From Gekko japonicus (taxonomy: Eukaryota): 64,000 bases of DNA. The stretch spans positions 1,927,560-1,991,559 of the forward strand of contig NW_015165833.1 of assembly GCF_001447785.1 (NCBI RefSeq), in the 5' to 3' direction. The notes beneath the pieces are model-generated. The model saw nothing but the letters and a program-made list of their open reading frames with translations. It was not told the DNA's origin and made no database searches. Every line of letters begins with the position of its first letter. The stretch's first letter is position 1. This document shows positions 11,701 through 23,700 of this stretch, in pieces. A program made the position numbers and the translations under genes.

Positions 11701-14700
11701 TGTTTTATGAGGATAACATGGAGGAGAGGAGAATGATTTAAGCTGCATTGGGTCCCCAGTGGAGAGACAGGCAAGGTATAAATTAAGTAAATAAATAATA
11801 TGATTTCTCAAGCACACGGAGCCAAGCTATTTTACTAGGAACAGTTCTAATATTTTTTTCAATGGGTCTTCCTTCTGCCAATCATCATAAAGATCCTGAA
11901 TTCTTGGGTGCCTATTATTACATACATTTTGAACAGGAAACTTTATTCAAGAATGAAGAGATGCTATTGTATGGGAAATTTAAATCCCGGTTGTTTATTG
12001 AGTTCATAAAGTTCTGCTCCATTTTTTATTGATGAGCTATGCTAGTTTGTCCAGTCTTGAGTTTCGTATCTGGCAATAGTTTGTGGGCCAGCATGTCTGA
12101 AAGCATTTCTATGTCAGTAGTGGAGATTTTAATACTGGAAACATTTCATCCTAAGAGATGAGGAAGCGATCGGGGAGTCTCCACATCCTGGAAGTTCCAG
12201 GCCCCCGAGACGTTAAGTTCGCCCCTACTAGGGCCAGAGCCTTTTCGGTGGTGGCTCCTACCTGGTGGAACGAGCTCCCGGGGGAGATCTGGGCCCTGCG
12301 GGACCTTGTGCAGTTCCGCAGGGCCTGCAAGACAGAGCTCTTCTGCCAGGCTTTTGAGTAGGCGCTGCCGCTGCCACTATTCCACCACCGTGGTACTGTT
12401 CCACCATTTACCCCTACTATGGGGGGTATGCGTCGTCTGGCGGAAGCTGGTAGAACATAATCGCTGGAGTCCTCGCTACTTAATAAAGCTGACCGTCGAA
12501 TTGGGATTACTGCCCATTTTAGAGATCTATATATAGGATAACATCAGGGCACCTTAAATATTGTCTATGGGATTTTATCATGGATGTTTCACGCTGTTTT
12601 ATTGTATTTTATCTATTTAACCTGGCACTAGACGTATGTTAGCCGCCCTGAGCCATTTGGAAGGGCGGGATATAAATCCAAAATAAATAAAATAAATAAA
12701 ACTACAGAGGAAAAAAGTCCTGGTCTCATGTTAGGAGTCACACAAAGGGTTGCAATCCCAGATGCTATAGAAGAGACATTCCTTTAGTATAGAAACATTC
12801 CTTTACTTCTGGCCCCAAAATTATACTGGGTTAGCTTTGAGGGGTAGTGTTCCTGATTTCCCCAAAACAAGCATTTGGCATATAAATGTAAAAAGAAGGG
12901 GGCAAGGGTTGACATTTGGAGGAGTGCAAGTTGACTTGGTGCACTTGAACAGGGCTCGAAAAAGATTTCCACTCCCCAAGCATCAGCATCAGATACTGAG
13001 GTGCTGATTCTAGTGGGGGAATGTTTAAAATTCTATGCCACTGTGATGGAGTTGATGAAATCTTGGTTTGAAAAAGGCCTGAATTCCACCCCCCATAGAA
13101 TTTATTGGCAGTGTTCCCTCTAAGCTGAGTTAGTGTGAGCTAGCTCACAGTTTTTTAGCCTCTGGCTCGCACATTTTTGTCTTAGCTCAGGAAGGATGGC
13201 TCCAGAGCAAACTAATTTATGCAGTAGCCAAATCGCTGGCTTGCGATTTTAATGCCAGTAGCTCACAAAGTACAATATTTGCTCACAAGACTCCACAGCT
13301 TAGAGGGAACATTGTGACTGGACAAGTTACTTTCTGTCAACCTAACCTATCTCAAAGGGGTGTTGTAAGGATAAAATGGGCTAACTCCAGGTGAGTGGCT
13401 TCCCCAGACTTCTTGAAGGTAGGCTGGGAAGTGAATCTCATAAATGTTCTACGTACTCCAATAGGCAGGCACCTCAGATTTTTCTAGACCTTTAGACATA
13501 GTGGCCTGGAAGAGATTCATTTGCTCAGAATAAGGTAATCCATCTAGTACAATAATTCATTAACACAGGTGTAAAGATTCAAGAAACAGTCACTGTTGCG
13601 CAATAAATGCATTTTTGTGTCCTGAGACTTAAGCACAGTCCACATCAGGACTGTGCACTTGTTGTAAAAGCTTTTATATAAAAGCTTTTAACACTCACTT
13701 TCCTCTGTTATATAATTCCAACACAGCAGCACCTAAATTCTGATATCCCTTCCTTGGGTTCTTTTTTATTTATTTTTTCCCCTTTCAGCCTGCTTGCCAG
13801 TGTGTTGTTCTTATTACTTGACCCATCGTTCTTTTCTGTTTTATGCTTCGTGTAGATGAATGGACTGATGTGGACAGGAGAAGAGGTACTGTAATGTTTT
13901 TAGCTGCATGCAGTAGTACCACGTGCCCACACATACACACTCCATCCCCTGCTGCTTCACTGCTGTAGTGGTAGCAATTGACTGACCAGCAGTTCTTCGA
14001 CTGAGGCTTTTCTGCATTTAAAAACTTGCAGAAATGAAATGACCCTGATGGTGAGCTGAAGAGCAAAGAGACCTCATGAGTGCTCCTCAAGTAAGCTTCT
14101 TTGGGAACTCACCTGAGTGGGTTTTACGACTGTTGAACATTCCCATTGGCAAACTTTTTCAAATCCATGCGAACGCAAGCATGCAGCTGCATGAGTACCA
14201 TGAGCATTGTTCATGAGCGAAATGCAGGCAGAGAGCATGCATACTGTCTCTGTGTCACGCTGTTCCCAGCTCTCTCACCCTTTTCCTTCCCTGCTGTGTA
14301 ATTGCAGCCCCCCCCCCCCAGCTCTTGTAGGAAGCTGCCTTGTACTAGTTCCAGTCTACTGTTTTCTGACTAAGACCAGAGTGTGTCACGGTTCTCCTCT
14401 GGCATCTTCAGATATCCTGAGTTGATATTCTTAAACCGTTGCTGCATCTCGTTTTATAGGCTTGGAATGAGTTAAGGAGAGGAAGCCATCAGGTTTTAGC
14501 AAGTACTCCCTCGGACAGATACAGCTCCAAGTGCTGCTATGTCTCTGTTTTTATTGCTTCAAGTTGCACTGCAGTTTTGGAAGTAAATGGGTGGGGGTCC
14601 TCCATTGCTTGTGTGCTATGGGGAGATATGAGCTGTAAGGTTGGTAAGATGGCTTTGGCATGACTACTTGTGAGACAGTATATAATGATACCACTATCTA

Positions 14701-17700
14701 GCTTTCATGGGTGGCTGCTTAAGGAGCCTCAGTATTTTGGGAATCAAACATGCCACCCACACAGGGATCCACCATAAACAGTGGAACAGTTCAGTATTTC
14801 CTATCTCATGTTGACAGTCCCAACGTTTAATGACTTACAGGTACTAAAGATCCTGAGGGATGTGAGAGCAGCTGGGTAGGCTGCCTCGCCCACTTGGTTT
14901 TTCGTGTGGCTTAAATTTTGGCAGAGTGGCACATTTATTTAACACATCATGTGAACATGAAAAAAACAATGCAAGAGGTGACTCTTGTGACTGTTTCCTC
15001 TTGGCCGTGTTTCCTAACTAACAAGAGGAACTTTTCTGGTTGGGGCTAGCAGAGAAACAAATCAGGCATGAGGCGGCACATTCCTAAATGGGAATGTGGA
15101 AGAACCAAATTTTACTATAGGTGGTTCTTTCCATGAGCAGCAAATGGTTAGTGTCTTGTAAACTCTCGTTAGAGGTGTACAGTGAGAAGGATTTTATACT
15201 ACAGCTTTGCTAGGATTGGTATAGAGATTATCAAGAAGGAATAGCAGAATAAAGGTTCTACTCATCCATCCCCAGGGCCTGCGCATAGCAACCACTGTTG
15301 GATACTAGCTAGAATGTCTGCTGTTCGTGTAAGGGAAAACAGAAAAAAATAGCCATAAAAGACTTGATCACTACTATGTAAAGAACCTGAAAAAAATTCA
15401 CTAGACTGTATTCGCTAAGACAGGCCATATTGACTGTTGCTGATACTCTCCTAAGTATCAGACCTGCCCTCATGAACCTGGTTTAATTGGAAACCAAACC
15501 CACATACAGTGTGTTACATCCCTCTGCCCCAGGAAGTCGCAGATAATCTCAGTTTGGCTACCAAAATTCCAGGCACTTAAAATATGATGCTGGTGACTGG
15601 AGAATCTTTGACATTTTCCCAACTAGACACAGGGATATCCTATCAGCTTGGTTCTTGAGAGTTTTGATTTTGGTAACTGAGAATGTGAAATATTTTTCCT
15701 GCTCTGTATTTAATCCTCAGGTGCACTGTCATTTTTAAGAGTAGTTTTTGTCCTGTGTCCCACCAGTTCTCAAGATTATCTACATGTGTCCAAACAACAG
15801 TAGCAGGAGGGATATCTGTTGTGATGAATGGGAACTTCCTCTGAAGACCAGCACTGCTTACCTACCATTAGACAAATAACCAATAAGAGATTAACAGAAA
15901 GGAGGTTAATGCAAAAACAAAACCGTGAACAAATTGCTATGAAACTAATATATGATTCGTGTTTTACAATACATAAGGATACTCTTGTACAAAATCTGTA
16001 ATTATAACAATGTGATTCATGCAACAATCAATCAGACCATGATCCATATGTGCTCAGTCCATAAGCATTTCCATTCTCATCCAAATTTCTTAATGGAATA
16101 AAGTGCCTGTGTCGTATGAACGTTTCCGGTTTGTTAATTTCAAAATACACCAGATGAATGTTCCAAATAATTCAGTTTTGAAAGTGCATACCTGAGGACT
16201 GTTGAAGGGAGTGGAGGAACATTTATTTGAAGCATTCATCTGGTATACTTTTTGTTTTTACATTTACCTACCATCAGAGGCAAAGAGAATATCATCTAGT
16301 AATTAAATAGTAAGATTCAAGTCCAGGAGCACCTTAAAGACCGACAAGATTTCCAGGGTAGAAGCTTTCGAGAGTCAGAGCTCCCTTTGTCAGATGAAGG
16401 GAGCTTCAGCTCTCAAAAGCTTATATCCTGGAAATCTTGTCGGTCGGTAAGGTGCTCCTGGACTTGAATCTTGCTCTTCTACTCCAGACCAAAATGGATA
16501 CCCACTGGAAACTAGTAATTAAAGAGTGCTGGTCTTGTGCTACCTCTCTGTTGTAGAAGCATAGATGTTGAATACTGCCGGTGCAATGATGTTAGCGTGT
16601 ACTGGGCTGATCTGGAAGCCCCTTTAGAAATGTGTCCATACTTAATAAAAAGCCATCAGTATTAATCTTCTACTGCTAGTGGCATTTTGTTGTGTTATCT
16701 CAGCCCAAACTAATGGCAAGTGAGGACCAGGCACAATAATTTCCTTCATAATTCCAACAAGGTGCTGCGGATTCAGAAGGCTCTGTGTCCCGACCATGAG
16801 AAATGGAGTTGGTGCAGGTTGCCTGTGTGAGGCATCTGCCGTTCCACTTATAGAGTTGTTGGATTGATATATGTCCCCCCCCCCATTTGTGGGTGGGTCT
16901 GTTGGAGGAATAACAATGAGAGCAGCCTCCCATGTTTCATTCTCCAGAGAAGGACATGTTTCCCAGTCCTGCATTGCTAATTATGCTGATTAAACCCTCG
17001 GCAGCAAGGGTTGATGATGCCTTCCTGAAGGGCATTTGGAAACAAGCACAACCATGTGCCAGGCCTTCTTTCTTGGAGATGGTGCCTCAGGGTTGCACTT
17101 GGAGCAGCCTCTGTAGTCCTTCCTTCCCTCAGCCACAAACGTCCATTTTGTCCTGTGGAGTTAAAAATGGAGCCAAGGCATCCCTGACAGCTTGGGCTCT
17201 TTTGTCTTTACAGTTATGAATGACATCATTGCAACCATGTTCAATAAAAAGTTTATGGAGGAGCTGTTTAAGCCACAGGAGCTCTATTCCAAGAAGGCCC
17301 TGAGAACTGTGTATGACCGGCTGGCACATGCGTCAATCATGAGGCTGAACCAAGCCAGCATGGATAAGGTAAGGCAGAACCTTCCCATTTCCCTCGGCAT
17401 CAAGGGGAATGCAGACCACTCCATTACCAAAAAATACTGTCACTGAGTGGAACTAGAGGCAAGTCACACAACCCTGCATGTGGGCTGAGTGTGGATGTGC
17501 AGCATAGTGGGACTATGATCAAAGCCCAGACTCTTCCTTGCAGAGGATTTACTGCACCATCACAGTCCAGCAGCTTCAGAAAGATGTGATAAAATGGATG
17601 AAACAGTGGGGCTTGCATGTGTGATGGAGTCATACAGTGGCTTTGGTGCACCATGCTGGGTGCACTTTCATTGCTTGTTGGATCCCTGCAGATGACCTCG

Positions 17701-20700
17701 TTCCACTTAATTCCTATCACCTAGCAATTTCAGAAATCAGTTTTCATTGGGGGAAACCTGCTGGCTGACTAAACCCATTGGATCCAAATGGGCAACAGGC
17801 TGACCACAATCAGGTGTGGGTCTGTTTTATGAATCATGCAGCCACAGGGTAACAGGAGAGTGGTTTCATGCATGGGAGTGTTTCTGAGGATGGCTAGGCA
17901 CACATGTGCATCAGCACAGGCACACATCAGGATTGCTTCATGAGTGTTCGGGGTTGTTGTTTTTTAATGTCCTTGCTTGTCTAATTTTCTCACTGATATT
18001 CTCTGGATGTGAACTGCAGAATATATTGCCTGAATTTTATCAAAAGTTTGATAAAAGTATTTTCTGGCTGCAAAAATCTTCATCCAGGAATTTGTGTCGG
18101 GGGGGGGGGGGGAAATAGAATTTCTGCTAATCACACTAAACCAGTTATCAGTTACCCCTTCTAAGTCCATTGAAGTTCAGAAGAGTGTAACTCTACTCAG
18201 AACTGCACTGCAGATATGGCGGCTTAGCTAACTGGCCTGGGTTCTGTGATCAAACTAGATACTACTTGCATTTTTTCCCCTGTAGCTCTATGATCTCATG
18301 ACCATGGCCTTCAAGTACCAGGTTCTACTCTGCCCCCGGCCTAAAGACATTCTGCTCGTCACTTTCAATCACCTGGATGCCATCAAGGATTTTATCCTCG
18401 ATTCACCCAGCATTCTGAATCAAGTTGATGAAACCTTTCGGCAGCTCATTGATGTAAGTGTACAGCATGCCTTCTGCGTTTTGTTCAACCATTGGTTATA
18501 ATTACAGAAGAACTATAAGCCAGCTCGCGCAAACCTTCTTTTTATGGCTTTTGGGCCTTCTCTAGTTGCAGTCGTGCAAGATTACAGAAAAGGTGGCAGC
18601 TTCCCAAATAACAAAGTAGATACAAATTTCCAAAATGGAATTATAAAAGGATCAGAGAGGAGAATATCAAATGGGGATGGAATGACCAATGATGAAAGAA
18701 AGCAACATTTGGGGATGTAAGCAGCAGGCAGCAGTAGATCAGCAACTGTAAATATAATGTCACTATTGTAATACAGAAGTTGTAACCCATTCAGAACTTA
18801 GTGCCATTCTGAAACAGAGCCCACGTTTTGTGAAATAAGCACTTTTTATTTGGATCCAGATTTCCATGTTCATTTCTTGATGGTTGAACCTGGGAGACCC
18901 TGGTTTAAGATTCAAAAAGCAGCTAGAGATCCACTGGGTGGTCTTGGGAAGTTGTACTTAAGTGGCCTGTCACTGAAATTAGAAGAGTGAAATGTTTACC
19001 AGCAGATGTAGGGATACATGAAGCACTTTAAAATGGCCTTTATAAATATGAATAATACTAAAACAGAGACCTTGTGTGTTGCTCATGTCACAATCTTTTT
19101 CCCAGACGTACGGCTCACTCTCTGACGGCGAATTTCAGCTCATTCGGCAAACACTGCTCATATTCTTTCAGGACATGCACATCAGGGTAGGTATTTCTGA
19201 AAAGCCATTCCAGTAAAACTGGGGAAGGGGGATTGCATAATGAGATGCCGAAATGAAGCATACGTTAATTTGTAAATGGAGCCGTTTCCCTGACAAAACT
19301 TTGGGGATTGTCTTCCACCACAGGTCTCCATCTTCCTAAAAGATAAAGTGCAGAACTCCAATGGCCGCTTTGTACTCCCGACCTCTGGTCCAGTTCCTTG
19401 GGGAACAGAGGTTCCAGGGCTTATCAGGTGACTCTTTCAAGCTGTTTTCTGTACATCGCTGGTGGTAGGGCTGGTGCAACCTTTCCCATCCTGGAGGGAG
19501 ACCCCATCCTGAGTGTCACGTTAGATGGGCTGTCTAAGAAAAGCTGCTATCCTAAATAGGAGCAAGAGTGTACCTGAAGGAGCTTTGGCTCAGTGGAAGA
19601 GCATCAGCTTGGCATGCAGAAGATCCCAGGTACAATGACCAGCATAGAATCAGTAGGGTTGCCAGCTCCAGGCTGGAAAATACCTGGAGATTTGGGTGGG
19701 TGGAGCCTGGGGAGGGACCTCAATGGGGTATAATGCTATAGAGTCCACCTTCCAAAGCAGCCATTTTCTCCAGATAAATTGATCTCTGTTACCCAGAGCC
19801 ACCACCTGGAGATTGGAACCCCTTAGGATCAGGAAGCAGGTGTTGTGAAAGACCTCCACTGGAGAGCCACTGCCAGTCTTAAGTAGACGATACTGACATT
19901 GATGCACCAATGGTCTGTTTCAGTAGAGCACAGTTTCATGGTATGCCCTAGACTGGCAAACTCATTATCCTCAGCTGCTTGAATAGTACACATTACTAAG
20001 CAGTGAGAGCCAGTGTGGTGTAGTGGTTAAGAGCAGCGGGCTCTCATCTGGAGAATTGGGTTTGATCCCGCACTTCTCCACATGCAGCCAGCTGGGTGAC
20101 CTTGGGTCAGTCACAGTTCTCTCAGAGCTGTCTCAGTCCCACCTGCCTCACAAGGTGTCTGTTGTGGGGAGAGGAAGGGAAGGTGATTGTAAGCTGCTCC
20201 AAGACTTCTTGGGTAGTGAAGGGCAGAGTATAAAACCAACTCTCCTCCTCCTCCTCCTCCTCCTCCTCCTCCTCCTCCTCTTCCAGTTGAGCCACTCCTT
20301 GCAGATCCTTTTGAAGATAAAGACTTTTGAGAGCTCCAGAAGCCTGTGCTGTAAAATTGGTGATTCTATTTTGCTTTTGTGTTTTTGCAGGATTTTCAAC
20401 AGTAAAGGAGATGAAATTAAAAGGACTGAGTTTGTCCATGGTGGGAATTATCTCCTTCCACTCCGAGAAGGCTCATTCGATCTTTATGGAGACAGAGTCA
20501 TTAAACTAGGAACAAACATGTAAGCAATGCAAGGTACACCTCTGTACTTGGCTTTTGGCCCCTTTCCTCCTGTCTGCCTAATGCTCCTTCTGTTTGCCTC
20601 TAGGTATAGTATCAGCCGGCCTGTAGAGACACACATGTCAGGAACAGCCAAAAATACGGCATCCCGTATAAAGGTAGGTCTCTTGTATTTTACCTTCTCA

Positions 20701-23700
20701 AGCACTGCTGTCTTTAGAACCTGCTTGGAGTATTGCTTCACACACAAACACTTCTACTGTGCAATCCCTTTGTGATAAGAGCAGCTCCCTTGTCTCAAGA
20801 TGGAACAACTTTAATCAGAACATTACTCAACTTGGTCGGTTTGATTTCATTTTCCAAGCCCTCCCTCGTGATCTGGTTGTCTCAGTTGCCAGACGCAACT
20901 TCTGTAGTCTGGTATAGGTGTTTTCTTAAGAGCTCTGAAGGACTTGGGAAAGAATCAAGGCAGGAAAGAAGTAGGAAGGAAGGGCAGGGATAACCCCCCC
21001 CCCCCCGGTAGGGATGCCAGCCTCCAGGTGGGACCTGGGATCCCCCCAGAATTAAAGCTCATCCCCAGGTAATAGAGATCAGTTCCCCTGGAGAAAACGG
21101 ATGCTTTGAAGAGTGGACTCTATGGCATTGTACCCCACTGAGGTCCCTGTCCTCCCCAGGCTCCATCCCCAAATCTCCAGGAGTTTCCCAGCCTAGATCT
21201 GGCAACCGTAATTCCCATCCCCTGCCAGTGGCCAGGGAGACCTGGTAACCCTACCCCTAGGGCAGGAGAGAAGCATCTCCTTTTCCAAGAGATCTCTAGA
21301 GAGGAGAATGGGAGGAGTCTCAGGAACAAGATGTTTATCTTGTTGACTCTGTACAATCATCAACTGAGCCCTGACATATCCCATGGTGTTACATCCCACT
21401 CTCTGAGATGCAGCAGATAGCTTGATAGAAGTTTTGGCTGCCCAAGTTATTTTGGAAGTGGTTTCATGATGCAGGTATATATTCTTCCCATGTAAAACTC
21501 CTTTCCCTCTGAAGGCCAGACAAAGTGAAGTATGCCATCAAGTCGCAACTGACTCATAGTGACCCTATGAAGTTCCACCTCATGGGGTTTTCAGGGCAAG
21601 AGATAAGTAGAGGTGGCTTACCGTTGCTTTCTTCTGCACAGCAGACTCAGTCTTCCTTGGTGGTTCCCCATCCAAGTACTAGCCTTGCTTAGCTTTTGAG
21701 GTCTGATGAGATTGGGCTAATCTGGGTTATTAGAGCTGCTGGTTTGCTGAACTAGGAGGCAGCAACCCTGACAGGCAGAGACCTCCCAGGGCCACTTTGT
21801 TTATTTATCTGCTTCTCTGTGTAATAATCCCTTTTTCATAATAATTTTTTTCATTTTAAACAACACTGATAGATAAACAAAAAACATACATGAGAGTAAT
21901 AATAACAACATTATATCTCTTAAACTACCTCATACATATATATCTAATTGCCAGTAATTCAACCTTATAGCAAACTAATACCTTTACAAGCCTTTATTAA
22001 ACACTACCTATTTTTAATGTTTAAGCGCTGTCAAAACATTTCATTACCATTTTCTATAAATCTAAATTTAAATGTATCTTACATTTTCATAAGCACATAG
22101 AACTATAATTTTTGCAACTCTATAGATTCACATACCATGTTTCTTCTGTTTAAACATTGTCTAAGCATTCTACAATAATCTTCTATAAGATACATTTAAG
22201 TATTAACTAAATTTATACAATTCCCCATTCATAGTCAAATTCTTTTCTCATTCTATTTATTCTAATTGTTTTAACGTCCCCCCCAAAAATTCTCTAGCCT
22301 ACCTCATATTTCAATCTGAATTCTCAATATCAACCTTGCTTATACATTTTAAAATAATCTATATTAAAAAAAAATTAAATATACCAATAATCCCTAAATC
22401 TTCCCCAATTACATATGCTCATGAGATCCTTGAACCAGTCCTTAATACCTTTATAAATTTACAGTTTATGCAACCCTCTGTTTTAGGTCTTACCTAAATA
22501 TTAGTTACAATTTTTAAATATACTTCTCTAACCAATCTTATTCAAATAAACATTCATAAGCATTCTCTAAACCATATCATCTATTATAAGACTTTCGAAG
22601 AGATTCAAAATTAATCTTTCCTTAATTATTTTTAATATGGGCTGTATTTTTGTAGATGTATAGGAAAAAAAGACAAACCCAATTATAACCAGTGTTAATC
22701 AATTACACATGTATAAAAATTCCTTAAATCACTTTTATAATTTACAGTTCTATGAATATATATATAAAAAAGGGATTAGATATTCCTCAGTCCATTTTAG
22801 TCAGTTACACATAAACAAAAGTTCCCTAGACCAGCCTTATTTAAAGGGGTCTTTTCGTAGAAAAAGAGCTGCAGGAGCTCATTAGCATAACTCATTAGCA
22901 TAACATTAGCCTGTGCCACACACCCTGACATCACCGGAAGTGTGTCAGAAGGCAACATCCACCACTCAAGCTCCACCCCAAAAATCTCCTGGTATTTCCC
23001 AACTCAGAGCTGGCAAGCCAGCTTTACACTTTGACTAAAGACACATTAGGTTTTCTTTGCTCTTGTAGGGAAGCTACCCTACAACAAGCATGAAAATACA
23101 GATCAAGTTAGTATGCTTTTGCTTTTTCTGCAATAAATCAGGAAAACAATCAAAACCAGCTTAACCTGTCTTCCAGAGTTGTTTGCACAATACATGAGAT
23201 GTTAAAATAATTTATAAAATAAACAATCACCTTTTTTTAAAGCTCTTATTAGTTCTTAGTACAAATCTCATTAAAACAAGAACAGTGTGTTCCTATATGA
23301 CTCTCATTGACCATCCTTTCAGTCCATCAGACTCACTATTTTCCATTCAAACTGGCAGCAGATCTCAGGCAGAGGTCTTTGCCATCTCCTTTTAATAGTT
23401 AAGAGAGGAACGGAGAAAGAAAGAGAGAGAGATGGGGTGGGGAGACACAGAGAAAAAGGGACAGACAGAGAAGGATGGGGGGGCAGAGAGGCTGGGGAAG
23501 AGAGAGACAGTGAGAGAGAAAGAGAGACAGACCGACAGAGGGGAAAGAGATAAATACAGAAAGAGAGAGGAAGGGAAGAAAGAGAGTGAGTGAGAGAAAG
23601 ATGGGGAAAAGAGAAAGCGAGGCAGAGGTCACTCACGTCCTTTCCACCACAACCCTCGCGTGCCGCTGCCAACACACACACACACACCAGGCCGTGTCGC

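Noticed and set aside
16145-16250. Inverted repeat ACCAGATGAATG...CATTCATCTGGT as a pre-miRNA
   Set aside because: Short stem with a ~50-nt loop, in AT-rich repeat-like sequence; more likely a decayed TE remnant.
20023-20523. 166-aa ORF with poly-Leu as a signal or membrane protein
   Set aside because: SINE plus (CTC)n tail read in frame into a real OSCP1 exon.
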